Part shown: positions 21,007 through 31,454 of the stretch, one piece after another
Layout: each line of letters begins with the position of its first letter
Position numbering within the stretch: the stretch's first letter is position 1
Source: a plasmid
DNA length: 64,000 nt
Strand: one strand, 5' to 3'
Assembly: GCF_988243305.1 (NCBI RefSeq)
Contig: NZ_OZ547137.1
Notes under the pieces: model-generated
The model's input: the letters and a program-made list of their open reading frames with translations, nothing else
Database searches by the model: none
Told to the model about the DNA's origin: nothing
Position numbers and translations under genes: made by a program

Positions 21007-21909
21007 TCATGACTTCCACTTTCTGAACTGTTCGGCAATCACCCATAACGCCTTGTTGATTCTTATATCACCATCAATACCTGTAATGGCTCTTGTCCTG
21101 GTATTTTTCCCGGAGGCACTTCGCCCCGATAATCCACCTTTTATCATATTCTCCTGAACCCGCTGCCAGGTTGTCCAGAGATCGTTCTGTTTATCTTCCC
21201 GACGACGGGGAGTAATTATTTGTTCAGGCGTCACTGGCGTTTTATTTTCATCTTCATACCTGACCATCAGTGCAGCTCTGCCAAATAAATGTTGCTCGTC
21301 ACTGTTAAGATGAATTTCTTTCATCGCCTCCATATTATCAGTGACCTTATCAAAGACACCGAGCACTTCATACGCTCCCTCGATAACCTGCCCGACAATA
21401 TCACCTTTATGTGGAACACGGATTTCGCCAAAATTATTTCCGCACACCAGGCCATTTGTGCAGACAAAACGAAAAATTCCGGGGATCATCTGATAACTGG
21501 ATGAACCATCATGTGAATTAAGCAGGATAATTTCAGGAACTTCCTGCCCGTTAATATGCCCTTCCCTGCGAAGGCGTAACATATGTTTACTGTATTCGCG
21601 GCGTCCCAAATCACGAACCCGACTCTGACAGGCAAAGAATGGCTGGAAACCTTCATCACGTAACTTATTGATGATATTGATTGTTGGAATATACGTATAA
21701 CGTTCACTCCGGGACTCATGTTTATCACCGGAAAATACCGAAGGCACGAACTGCATTAATTCATCATCCGTTAAAGGACGTTCACGACGGATGGAATTAT
21801 ACCGACCAAAACGGGAAGCTAATCGCATAACAGCTACTCCTTTATGAAAGGATAAATTTAATAAAAAATTTTTCCGCTTAATATCATCCCTCCCGATCTC
21901 CATTAACAA
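21007..21909 (-). CDS. Conserved leading-region protein of unknown function (about 300 aa)
   Basis: 300-aa ORF downstream (minus sense) of the first Frpo-like repeat; family not confidently recognised. Confidence 0.5.
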   Translation of the reverse strand: MLMEIGRDDIKRKNFLLNLSFHKGVAVMRLASRFGRYNSIRRERPLTDDELMQFVPSVFSGDKHESRSERYTYIPTINIINKLRDEGFQPFFACQSRVRDLGRREYSKHMLRLRREGHINGQEVPEIILLNSHDGSSSYQMIPGIFRFVCTNGLVCGNNFGEIRVPHKGDIVGQVIEGAYEVLGVFDKVTDNMEAMKEIHLNSDEQHLFGRAALMVRYEDENKTPVTPEQIITPRRREDKQNDLWTTWQRVQENMIKGGLSGRSASGKNTRTRAITGIDGDIRINKALWVIAEQFRKWKS

Positions 21910-22187
21910 GATTGCAACAATCAGGAGGGATATTCATCACATCCGGTCAGCAGATCGCCCGGATATCGAGGCCGGCACGCTTAATCTGACGCAGGAACTG
22001 TTTGAAGTGATCGGCTTCCGCAATGTTGATATGGCGGAACTGCGTATCCACACCCCGGCTGAGCGCGTAGCTATAGCTGAAGGCCATCTTTTCCGGTGTT
22101 TTTTTCCCTCCCGGCAACAAGAATCGTGTACGACGCGGTGTTAACGTGGATATTTCGGGTACTCATCCAGCTTTCTCCTCTCTCTGG

Positions 22188-22720
22188 TTTTCAGCCCCCA
22201 TCATCTGTTGAGTTTCGGGAGCCGCGGTTTTGACGTTTTGCGGGGACCTGCTCTTTGTTCCCTCCGGTATTCACCATCACCTGTTTGAGAACCTTCGCCG
22301 CAAGGGGCATCACTGCCACGGCCTGACGCACCTGTCCTGGGCAGAACGCAAAATTTTTTACCGGGTTTTGGGTAAAAAATTTTGTGGGCTGTTCATTTAC
22401 CCTGGACAGTCAGTGCGGCAGGTTGTGGCTGTATCAGCCCCCGGCGACAGGGGCTTAAACAGGTGAATGGCACCGGACACAACAACGGGCAGGGACCCGC
22501 CGCAACGACGTGAAGCGCGGTTTGCGAAACGGCGTTGCGCCTTACATCCCGGCGGCCTTTTGCCGGGATGCAGGGAGCGCAGGCCACGGCGCGACAGAGG
22601 CGGCGCGACCGGAACGGTCGCTGCAAGCCCGGGGTTTCGCGTCAGGGATGGAAGCCCGCCAGGGGGACGCCCGGAAAAGACACTGCCAGGAGAACAACAA
22701 AACAGACAATAATCAGGGCA
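22188..22720. repeat. Frpo/ssi-like single-strand promoter repeat, copy 1
   Basis: Starts CAGCCCCCATCATCTGTTGAGTTTCGGGAGCCGCGGTTTTGACGTTTTGCGGGGACC; near-identical to copies at 27508 and 30850. Confidence 0.6.
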
Positions 22721-23016
22721 GCAGTAATCAGAGTCAGAACAGGAGGAAAAAGAGAATAATCAAAGAGAAGGTGATGTGATTTCTGACAGGTCATAAACAG
22801 AGAAGGCGGGGGAAAAGAACGGGCGCCGCAGGCGCACGTTCATCCCCGTTCCCGGAGGGAAACGGCCTTCCTGGCAGTCTGGTTGTTCATGCCCGTACAA
22901 TGCCAGCAAGGAGAAAGGGGCCACCGGCGAACCAGCAGCCCCTTTATAAAGGCGCTTCAGTGCAGTCAGACCAGCATCAGCCCTGAAAAGGCGGGCCTGC
23001 GCCCGCCTCCAGGTTG

Positions 23017-23175
23017 CTACTTACCGGATTCGTAAGCCATGAAAGCCGCCACCTCCCTGTGTCCGTCTCTGTAACGAATCTCGCACAGCGATTTTCGTGT
23101 CAGATAAGTGAATATCAACAGTGTGAGACACACGATCAACACACACCAGACAAGGGAACTTCGTGGTAGTTTCAT
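23017..23175 (-). CDS. hok: Hok-family toxin (52 aa) of a hok/sok type I TA system
   Basis: Minus-strand translation gives [52 protein letters not shown]; below the 60-aa track cut-off. Confidence 0.85.
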   Translation of the reverse strand: MKLPRSSLVWCVLIVCLTLLIFTYLTRKSLCEIRYRDGHREVAAFMAYESGK

Positions 23176-23233
23176 GGCCTTCTTCTCCTTGCGCAAAGCG
23201 CGGTAAGAGGCTATCCTGATGTGGACTAGACAT
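23021..23233 (-). CDS. mok: Mok, overlapping reading frame controlling hok translation
   Basis: 70-aa ORF overlapping hok in another frame and starting upstream. Confidence 0.55.
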   Translation of the reverse strand: MSSPHQDSLLPRFAQGEEGHETTTKFPCLVCVDRVSHTVDIHLSDTKIAVRDSLQRRTQGGGGFHGLRIR

Positions 23234-23250
23234 AGGGATGCCTCGTGGTG
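23176..23250 (+). ncRNA. sok: Predicted Sok antisense RNA region
   Basis: Antisense to the mok start / hok leader; placed by analogy, boundaries approximate. Confidence 0.3.
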
Positions 23251-23454
23251 GTTAATGAAAATTAACTTACTACGGGGCTATCTTCTTTCTGCCACACAAC
23301 ACGGTAACAAACCACCTTCACGTCATGAGGCAGAAAGCCTCAAGCGCCGGGCACATCATAGCCCATATACCTGCACGCTGACCACACTCACTTTTCCTGA
23401 AAATAACCCGCTCATTCAGGCTGTTTACGGGTAATCTGTGTGATTGTTGCCGCA

Positions 23455-24174
23455 TCACGCCGCCTCCCGGAGTTTGTTCGGCACCATCCACCGCTCCATC
23501 TCACGGACAGCGTGACCGGCCTCTCTTGCTGCAAGACTGGCTTCCGCAATAACCTGCCAGAACGGCATATCCTGCCACTGCCAGCGTTCCATTCCGGCCA
23601 GTGACGGGAAACGCTCGCCCCACAGCCAGAACAGGGTTTCCAGGTCATGCTCTGCCACCCGGTCACTCCAGCGTGCATGCCAGCTTCCGACTGTTTCCGG
23701 CGAATGGAATGCCAGTTCGATTTCAGCCTGAGCGACCAGCGCCTGGTACGCACGGGCTTTCTGCTCTGCCTCCCGTGCCTGCTGGCGGCTGTACTTCTGC
23801 ATGACCAGCGCGGATTTATGGCGACTGCGCTCCCTGACGCGGAACCGCACCGACGGAAACAACCGCTCTGCTGCATCACCGGGAAGGGGAAGGAGGCAGA
23901 CCTCGCCCTGTGTTTCAATCAGCACATCGACGGCATACAGCCACTGAAGACGGTTGCCGTGCAGTTCTTCTGCGGTCAGGGACGGCATGAAAAATCGCAG
24001 GTCAGACAGCGATATCCTGCGGCTTCCGTTCAGACAGCGGAAAAACGCCCCCGCATACGGATATTCCGCCAGCGTGTTACCCTGATGGCGGCGTTTTTCT
24101 GTCTCCGCCACCGCCTGCCATGCGGCCTGTTGCTCTGTGCAGAGGGGAACCAGTGCCTGTGAACGTACGCTCAT
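23455..24174 (-). CDS. psiA: PsiA
   Basis: 239-aa ORF immediately downstream of psiB, overlapping its stop. Confidence 0.85.
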   Translation of the reverse strand: MSVRSQALVPLCTEQQAAWQAVAETEKRRHQGNTLAEYPYAGAFFRCLNGSRRISLSDLRFFMPSLTAEELHGNRLQWLYAVDVLIETQGEVCLLPLPGDAAERLFPSVRFRVRERSRHKSALVMQKYSRQQAREAEQKARAYQALVAQAEIELAFHSPETVGSWHARWSDRVAEHDLETLFWLWGERFPSLAGMERWQWQDMPFWQVIAEASLAAREAGHAVREMERWMVPNKLREAA

Positions 24175-24608
24175 GCCTGACCTCCTTCCGCCATCAGGAT
24201 ATGGATGATGTCATTAACGCTGTACCCCTGCGCATCCAGTGACGCCGCCAGTGCCAGTGAATGGCTGACGGCTTCCGGTGCAAACCGCCGCTGCACCTGA
24301 ACCACCGCAAACGGCTCACCACCGGCATTCACCAGAACCAGCACCCAGACCTGAGAGACATCGCCCGGTGAACATAACGCCAGGTGAAAACGTTCGTGGG
24401 CAGGCGTGAAACGGACCTGGACGGGGAAAAATCCGCCAAACTCGCTGCCGTACTCGCCGTTCATCGTCCAGTTGTCCGGCGCATCCAGTTCCCGCATCAC
24501 GGCGTGTGTCAGCTCACGACGTTCATCACTTCCGGCAGCCCGGATATCTTCATATTCCTGTGCGCTCATGGTCTGTAATACATTCAGGGTCAGTTCAGTT
24601 TTCATCAC
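24171..24608 (-). CDS. psiB: PsiB, plasmid SOS inhibition protein
   Basis: 145-aa ORF ([26 protein letters not shown]...); classic leading-region position. Confidence 0.9.
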   Translation of the reverse strand: MMKTELTLNVLQTMSAQEYEDIRAAGSDERRELTHAVMRELDAPDNWTMNGEYGSEFGGFFPVQVRFTPAHERFHLALCSPGDVSQVWVLVLVNAGGEPFAVVQVQRRFAPEAVSHSLALAASLDAQGYSVNDIIHILMAEGGQA

Positions 24609-24659
24609 AGTATCTCCCTTGCTGCCGCCCCGTCTCCGGCGGGGCGGTGTGGTTGTTCA

Positions 24660-26624
24660 TCAGGCGGCATCAGCCAGGTTATCGGTGCGTTCAGTGGCAT
24701 CTGTCTGTGGATGTGGTGCACACATCCAGCCTGGAACCCAGCGGTTGTCTTTCATATTGTGCTCTGCATGTTCAGCCGCATCACCTTTCTTCATCTTCTC
24801 CGCGTCCCGTGCGGCACCGGACAGCCCTGCCTCATTCAGGGCTGCGATAATCTGCGGCTTTTTCAGGTGTCCGAAGAAGTTTGCTTTTGTCGGCTGCCAC
24901 CAGTCACGCATGTGAAAGCCGATGGCGCTTTCCAGCGAGTCAAGCGGACTGCGTGACGTGTGACCACACTCGCGGGTCTGGACACCGTTAAGACTGCACG
25001 CGGTACAGAAGCTGAGCAGGGATAACAGCACCTCCTGGCTGAGTGACAGGAACGTCGTCATATCCCGTTCCCATCCTTCCGGCAGCAGGGCAGCAAAACG
25101 AGAGTGTTCTGCCATCAGCGCCATGAATGCGGCACCTTCCTTCCCCGACGGTGCATCGCTGGTCAGCGCATAATGCTCACATTCCAGGCGAATTCTGGCG
25201 GGACTACTATGCGCTTTGCTGCCAAACACATTCAGGCAGAGCGTCCATGCCAGCAGTGTCAGGGATTTGTCCGGTTGCTGCATCAGTGCCGCCTGGACTG
25301 CCAGCGTGCGTTCGGAAGACATTTTCGTCAGCAGTGGCAGACTGATTTCCTCCACTGACGCTTTTTCCTGCACCTGTTCCGTGCGGTCAGCGTCGTCAGC
25401 CGCATCATCCTCACTGCGTAACTGCACACCACGCTGGACACATACGTTTCCATAACGCCAGGACACCACCACTCCACCTCCGGCACGCATCTCCGGCGTC
25501 CACGCTCTGACCTTCGCCATGCAGCGCATCAGCTTCATTTCTGCTTCCAGCAGGTCAGATTCCTCACACTGGTTTTCCATCGCGTCGTAACGCGTCATCA
25601 GTTCGTTCAGGCGTTCTTCTTCCGCCTCCGTCAGCACCGCTTCCGGCTCCGGCAGACAGCGGTATGTTCCGGCATCCTCACGGCACTCACCGACTGGCTC
25701 CATGCGCCCGGCGCACCATTCCCAGCCTTCTGCTTCCCGAAGGTGTTCAGCAACAGCCTGGAGTTTTTCCAGCAGGGCGGCATCGAGCGCCACGCAGTCC
25801 ACATAGCCACCCTCGTCGTCGCTGAACAGGTCAGTGCGCAGTTCATCTGGCGAGAAGGCATCAGCCCCCACAAAGCGGAATTTACTGTTCCCCGCCACCG
25901 CCACTTCACTTTCGGTCACCAGACGACGAATGGTCTGCGCTTCCGGTTTACCGCCCCATCCCGACTGGCAGGCGGCTTCAAACACCTGCACCTGACGCGC
26001 GGTGTCGTTCTCCAGCGCCAGCGCCTGACAGTGTTCGGTGGTGATGCGGTCTTCTGCCAGCGCATCGAGGATGACAGGCGCAAGGTCAGCCAGTTTCAGC
26101 ATTCGCTGGACATGGCGGGGTGAATAGCCCAGCAAGTCACCGATTTGTGCAGGTGTTTTGCCTTCCTGCGCCATTGCGCGGAATCCGGCAATCTGTTCGG
26201 CAGGGTGCATATCCCGACGATGACCGTTTTCAGTCATTGATGCGGCAGTCGCCAGTTCCTGCGGGATGACCTTTACGCGGACAGGTCAGTCAGCCGGAAT
26301 GATGCCACGCTCTGCCAGCATGTTGAGTGCTGCCAGTCGGCGACCACCTGCGGCGACACCGTAACGGTCACCAGGCAGGGTATGCACGACCAGATTCTGC
26401 AACAGGCCAACGTCCTTAATGGACTCCGCCAGTTCGCTGACGGACTCTGCGGAATACGGCACCGTGCGCACATTCAGCGGTGATTTAATCAGTGAAGCCA
26501 GCGGCACACTCACTTCCTCCGTCTGCGCCAGCAGGGCAGACAGGACTGTTTCCTGCGTTTTTACAGATTTAAGGCTTGCTTTGCGGGTGGTTTCTGGTTC
26601 ACACTTCGTTACAGGCATAATCAT
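24660..26624 (-). pseudogene. ParB-like nuclease-domain protein interrupted by an in-frame TGA
   Basis: 112-aa (26286-26624) and 525-aa (24660-26237) ORFs are in the same frame, separated by one TGA at 26286-26288; N-terminus has a ParB-type motif (VAAGGRRLAAL). Confidence 0.6.
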
Positions 26625-26676
26625 CCCCTTATAATTGCTTATGTCCTGCCGGACGTTCGCGCGTCCGGCACCTCTC

Positions 26677-26937
26677 TTACTTAAGAATCCCGAAATCCCT
26701 GATGTACCGGTTCATCCAGTACCCGGCACAGTCCTCAAAATTCCAGGAGCGCCAGATCAACGTGCCATCCTGACGGGCAACCAGGCGAAAATGCGTTCCC
26801 TGATCATCCTCGATAAAGACATTCCGGTACTGTGCGGCAACGGCTTCAGCCTGTTCGCGGGTAAAGGAGCCGTCAGGCAGCCCCTGAAATATTCTGAAAT
26901 ATTCGCTCATCCTCATCTCTCCGGTGATGCCCCGCAC
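26677..26937 (-). CDS. Small conserved leading-region protein (86 aa)
   Basis: ORF between ssb and the ParB-like gene. Confidence 0.4.
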   Translation of the reverse strand: MRGITGEMRMSEYFRIFQGLPDGSFTREQAEAVAAQYRNVFIEDDQGTHFRLVARQDGTLIWRSWNFEDCAGYWMNRYIRDFGILK

Positions 26938-26965
26938 TGGACGGGGCGGTTGTCACTGTCTTAGT

Positions 26966-27487
26966 TCAGAACGGAATGTCGTCATCGAAGTCATACGCGG
27001 GTTCAGACGGCTGCTGAGGCTCCGGCTGCGCGGCCTTACGTCCACGGCCTTTCGTTTTCGCGCCACCTTTTTTCGTCGCGTCAGCACTCTGTGGCTGCCC
27101 ATTCTGCTGAGGCTTCGGTTGCGCCTGAGCGTTCTGCTGTGGTGCACTCCCCAGCATCTGCATGGTGCCCGTGGTCTTAACAAGAATTTCAGTGACGTAA
27201 CGGGTGATACCGTTATCTTCCCAACTACGGGTACGGAGTTGCCCCTCGATGTAGACCTGCTCGCCCTTGTGCAGATATTCACCGGCCACTTCCGCGAGCT
27301 TGCCGAACAGCACCACGCGATGCCATTCTGTCTGCTCCCGAATCTCCCCCGTCTGTTTGTCACGCCAGCTTTCTGACGTAGCCACCTGCAGGTTTGCCAC
27401 TGCGCCCCCGTTGGGGATGTAACGGACTTCCGGATCATTGCCCAGACGACCGACAAGAATGACCTTGTTAATGCCACGAACTGCCAT
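26966..27487 (-). CDS. ssb: Plasmid single-stranded DNA-binding protein
   Basis: [35 protein letters not shown]-fold N-terminus, Gln/Pro-rich linker, acidic DDDIPF tail. Confidence 0.92.
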   Translation of the reverse strand: MAVRGINKVILVGRLGNDPEVRYIPNGGAVANLQVATSESWRDKQTGEIREQTEWHRVVLFGKLAEVAGEYLHKGEQVYIEGQLRTRSWEDNGITRYVTEILVKTTGTMQMLGSAPQQNAQAQPKPQQNGQPQSADATKKGGAKTKGRGRKAAQPEPQQPSEPAYDFDDDIPF

Positions 27488-27507
27488 GATGTATCTCCTT
27501 CTGTTGA

Positions 27508-27962
27508 TGTTTTCAGCCCCCATCATCTGTTGAGTTTCGGGAGCCGCGGTTTTGACGTTTTGCGGGGACCTGCCTTTTGTTCCCTCCGGTATTCACCATC
27601 ACCTGTTTGAGAACCTTCGCCGCAAGGGGCATCACTGCCACGGCCTGACGCACCTGTCCTGGGCAGAACGCAAAATTTTTTACCGGGTTTTGGGTAAAAA
27701 ATTTTGTGGGCTGTTCATTTACCCTGGACAGTCAGTGCGGCAGGTTGTGGCTGTATCAGCCCCCGGCGACAGGGGCTTAAACAGGTGAATGGAACCGGAC
27801 ACAACAACGGGCAGGGACCCGCCGCAACGACGTGAAGCGCGGTTTGCGAAACGGCGTTGCGCCTTACATCCCGGCGTCTTTTTGCCGGGATGCCGGGAGC
27901 GCAGGCCACGGCGCGACAGAGGCGGCGCGACCGGAACGGTCGCTGCAAGCCCGGGGTTTTCA
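27508..27962. repeat. Frpo/ssi-like single-strand promoter repeat, copy 2 (upstream of ssb)
   Basis: About 450 bp matching copies 1 and 3 up to the GGGGCTTAAACAGGTGAATGG...CGCTGCAAGCC block. Confidence 0.6.
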
Positions 27963-28140
27963 CGCATCGGACCGTAGCGACAGCCCGAAACCGCGCCAGC
28001 GGGTTCGGCGGAGACTGGCAGGTGCGCCAGCAGCTGCCTGTCGGAGTCGGGCCTGACGACCGGATGCCGCCAGGCAGCCGGGAGCCGAAGGTGCGCCCGG
28101 CAGACAGGACAACACTGCAGTAGTCAGAATCAGAGCGGCA

Positions 28141-28186
28141 GGAAAAAGAAGAGCAGTAGCAGTAGCAGTAGCAGTAGCAGTAGCAG
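28141..28186. repeat. Hexanucleotide microsatellite (AGCAGT)n
   Basis: About six tandem units read directly from the sequence. Confidence 0.8.
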
Positions 28187-28365
28187 GAACAACAACATCA
28201 TCAGTAACAGACAAATGACAGGTCTGAAAAGACAGAAGCCCCCATCAGAACGTCCGCGTAATGAAAGGGGCGGCGCGTGAGCGCGGCCCCTTTCAGCGCC
28301 ACCGGCGCGCGGTCTTTTCCCTGCGCGGGCAGACGGGCATTTATCCTCCCGCCAGCCCTGTGTCA

Positions 28366-28929
28366 TCAGGCACGCAGACGAATAATCATCGTCGGGACAT
28401 CGGTATAAGCAAACGTGCCGCGCGGCAGCTCCTCGCGGACGTCAGAAAACGGTAACAGCTTCTCCTGCTGGCGCGGCCCGTTCAGACAGACGGCAACCAG
28501 CACGCCACCCGGACGCAACAGGGAAAAAGCCCGCAGGATATGCCGGATATCCTGCCCGTGACTGAACGGCGGATTCATGATAACCCGGCTGTAATACTGC
28601 ACCGGCTGCCATTCCATGAAGTCGCCACACTGAACCCTGACACCGTTAAAATTTTCCCGCAGATACCGGACCAGCCCGCTGTTAATCTCCACCGCATCAC
28701 ACATGGCCTCCGGCGCGGTATCCCGAATCGCCCGCAGTATGGCCCCGGTGCCGGCAGAGGGTTCCAGAATGTGATCACGGTTGCTGATTTCCGCCAGCGT
28801 CACCAGGCGATCACAGACCGGGGCAGGAGTCACAAAAAGCTGAGATTCAGCCCGGATTTCAGCAACCGGCGCGGCGTTATCCAGCCTTGCACGCATCAGC
28901 CGGATACGTTCTCTTAACTGACTGTGCAT
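28366..28929 (-). CDS. Orphan amino-methyltransferase (N6-adenine or N4-cytosine)
   Basis: 187-aa ORF with motif I (EPSAGTGAI) and motif IV (NPPF); no cognate endonuclease adjacent. Confidence 0.7.
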   Translation of the reverse strand: MHSQLRERIRLMRARLDNAAPVAEIRAESQLFVTPAPVCDRLVTLAEISNRDHILEPSAGTGAILRAIRDTAPEAMCDAVEINSGLVRYLRENFNGVRVQCGDFMEWQPVQYYSRVIMNPPFSHGQDIRHILRAFSLLRPGGVLVAVCLNGPRQQEKLLPFSDVREELPRGTFAYTDVPTMIIRLRA

Positions 28930-28975
28930 GTCATTATCTCCGTCATCCCCCGGGGATTTCCCGGGGGGATATACC

Positions 28976-30337
28976 TTATTTCTGTGGGATTTCCGTGATT
29001 TTCATGTCGGTAATATACACATTCACCAGGCGGAAATTATTGTCCATTGTGCGGCGGTAGCGGTATGCCCCGTGGTCTTCTGTCTCTGCCACACTGCGCA
29101 CGGCCTTACAGTCCCGGGGCAGGGCGGCCCACTGCGCCTTTGTCATTTCCCGGAAACCTTCCCCCGGATAGTTGACTACCGGCGGACGCTTCGCGGCCTG
29201 ACTGGCGACGGCAGCCTCTTCTGCCGATGGTGCTTTGTAGTCCGTGATGCGATCGGGCGTCACTTTCATCGTGCCGCTGTACCCGAGAAAACTGTAATTC
29301 GGCGTTGTGACTGAACTCACCGCCCCGTTGCTTTTGTTCACGCGGATGATGGTCAGCCACTCGCCCCGGCTGAAAACCTGTCCGCCCGGCTCAAAATCCT
29401 GTGTCCGGGTAACCACGCCGCCGCTTTCGTCCAGCATGGCACGCTCATAGATCAGGCGGTTCTGATAGTGGTTAACCCAGCGTTGCTGATGCTGAATCTG
29501 CCGTTCATGACAGCGGATCGCAATTTCGCGGGCCTGCTCCGTGGTGATGATGTCATCATCCAGGGCCGACCATAACGATCGACTTCCTTCATACTGGCTT
29601 TTTTCTGCCGGGCGCGGATACGTATCCAGCGGGAAACAGGCGCTGATATGGTCATGACTGCTGATGAGTTTTGCCATATTCAGATCCAGCGATTCAGCCC
29701 GCCACATCGTCAGATATTTCTGCGACTGCGCGATGGTCTTTTCAGCCTTGCGCAAATCAGCTTCGATTTTTTTGATACGACGCCAGCGAACGTCCGGGCG
29801 TTCTTTATACTTCGCGTGAAGCAGTGCCGACCGCGCCCGCTCCTCCCAGTATTCCGCACGTTCAAAGAGCATCACGGCACGTTTCATGCCGTTTTCAATA
29901 CGCTGCGCATCACGACGGGCGCGGCGTTCGCTGTGATGCCCCACAAGAATGGGCTGACCGGGCGGGATCATCGCGGCCAGTCTTTCCACTTCATCAAGTG
30001 CCTGTGCGGATTCACTGGCCCGCTTTCCGCTGTATCCGGTAAACCGCTCCGCCCGTGCTTCCTGACGTTCAGCGAGCGTGCTGTCTTCATCCTCAATCTC
30101 TCCGGCAAGTGAGAGGAGCACGTCTTCCCGGCCCGGTGTCCAGGCTGGCGCGACAAACAGCGCCTGTTTGGGTGCCCAGCGAAAACCGGCATCATGCACT
30201 TTTTTATACGTCTCCGGGTCAAGACGTGACGCGGCATACAGGCGCAGTTTGTTGTCATCCGGTGAGTAGGTCGCGCGGTACATCTGCACAGGGCTGGCGG
30301 CTTCCGGGGCGGTCATGGTGATTGCTGCTAATGTCAT
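28976..30337 (-). CDS. Conserved leading-region protein of unknown function (453 aa)
   Basis: Large ORF with charged coiled-coil middle region; family not confidently assigned. Confidence 0.5.
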   Translation of the reverse strand: MTLAAITMTAPEAASPVQMYRATYSPDDNKLRLYAASRLDPETYKKVHDAGFRWAPKQALFVAPAWTPGREDVLLSLAGEIEDEDSTLAERQEARAERFTGYSGKRASESAQALDEVERLAAMIPPGQPILVGHHSERRARRDAQRIENGMKRAVMLFERAEYWEERARSALLHAKYKERPDVRWRRIKKIEADLRKAEKTIAQSQKYLTMWRAESLDLNMAKLISSHDHISACFPLDTYPRPAEKSQYEGSRSLWSALDDDIITTEQAREIAIRCHERQIQHQQRWVNHYQNRLIYERAMLDESGGVVTRTQDFEPGGQVFSRGEWLTIIRVNKSNGAVSSVTTPNYSFLGYSGTMKVTPDRITDYKAPSAEEAAVASQAAKRPPVVNYPGEGFREMTKAQWAALPRDCKAVRSVAETEDHGAYRYRRTMDNNFRLVNVYITDMKITEIPQK

Positions 30338-30388
30338 AAAATGTTCTCCTTCCGTCTGTTGCCGCCCCTCGCGGGGCGGCTCACCTCA

Positions 30389-30619
30389 TCAGTTAAAAGC
30401 GCGTTTCAGTTCGAGTGTGCGGAGCACCTGCCCGAAGGCCGTGTTTTTCATGGCGGGGATGTGTACACCACGCCCCCGGTGAAAACTCCGGGCTATGTGT
30501 CGCCCGAAGGCTTTCAGCACGGGGTCAATTTCCGGCGCGGGGATGTCTTCGCGTCTGAAACGGGGATGACGGCGGGGCTTTACAGCCGCTGCGGAAGGTG
30601 AAACAATGCTTACAGTCAT
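30389..30619 (-). CDS. Small basic hypothetical protein (76 aa)
   Basis: ORF immediately downstream (minus sense) of Frpo-like copy 3. Confidence 0.3.
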   Translation of the reverse strand: MTVSIVSPSAAAVKPRRHPRFRREDIPAPEIDPVLKAFGRHIARSFHRGRGVHIPAMKNTAFGQVLRTLELKRAFN

Positions 30620-30849
30620 AAATGGATTCCTTATGACAGTTTGGTAACAGTGCCTTAAAGACTGGTTGCACAGTCTCTTCGGCGTGGATTAAGCAGGTCC
30701 CTGACCTGCTTTTTTCATATCTGCGTCTGACGTTCTCCGGTGTATTCCTCCTTCTGTTCCTGCGTTCTCATTACCTGCCAGCAGGATGCTGACAGAACAC
30801 ATAAATGCGTATTGCCGGAGCCTGAAATAAATCCTGATTTTTAAAGAAC

Positions 30850-31380
30850 ATCACCCGTTGAGTTTCGGGAGCCGCGGTTTTGACGTTTCGCGGGAACCTG
30901 CTGCTGTATTCCCTGTGGTATGAACTTCACCCGTTTGAGAACCTTCGCCGCAAGGGGCATCACTGCCACGGCCTGACGCACCTGTCCTGGGCAGAACGCA
31001 AAATTTTTTACCGGTTCTTGGGTAAAAAATTTTGTGGGCTGTTCATTTACCCTGGACAGTCAGTGCGGCAGGTTGTGGCTGTCTATGCCCCCGGCGACAG
31101 GGACTCATACGGGTGTGTGGCACCCGGCAGGCAATGAGCAGGGACCCGCTGCAACGACGTGAAGCGCGGTTTGCGAAACGGCGTTGCGCCTTACATCCCG
31201 GCGTCTTTTTGCCGGGATGCCAGGAGCGCAGGCCACGGCGCGACAGAGGCGACGCGACCGGAACGATCGCTGCAAGCCAGGGTTTCGCGTCAGGGATGGA
31301 AGCCCGCCAGGGCGGAGACAGCTTCGCTGGCTCCGTTCACGACAGCCCGCCCCGCCAGGGGGACGCCCGGGAAAGCCATA
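30850..31380. repeat. Frpo/ssi-like single-strand promoter repeat, copy 3
   Basis: Same core as copies 1 and 2; ends in a purine-rich GAAGAG tract (31385-31430). Confidence 0.6.
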
Positions 31381-31454
31381 AACAGGAGAGGAACGGAAAG
31401 AAGAAGAGGAAGAAGAGGAAGAGTAAGCGCACCGTGAAGGACGTGGAGTAAAAA

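Noticed and set aside
21950-22170. Short minus-strand ORFs (31 and 46 aa) between the 300-aa gene and Frpo-like copy 1, considered as a second hok-like toxin
   Set aside because: Translations are not hydrophobic and do not resemble Hok; the real hok is at 23017-23175.
22393-22779. Several 70-90-aa ORFs inside Frpo-like copy 1, and equivalent ORFs in copies 2 and 3 (27552-28123, 30880-31548)
   Set aside because: They fall in the repeated GC-rich non-coding units, overlap one another on both strands and are Arg/Pro/Gly-rich in the way GC-rich non-coding DNA translates.
28141-28186. Possible CRISPR array
   Set aside because: Units are 6 bp with no spacers; a microsatellite. No CRISPR-like repeat-spacer structure was seen anywhere in the window.
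28130-28366. 78-aa minus-strand ORF with a poly-leucine run
   Set aside because: The poly-Leu is the translation of the (AGCAGT)n microsatellite; artefact of the repeat.
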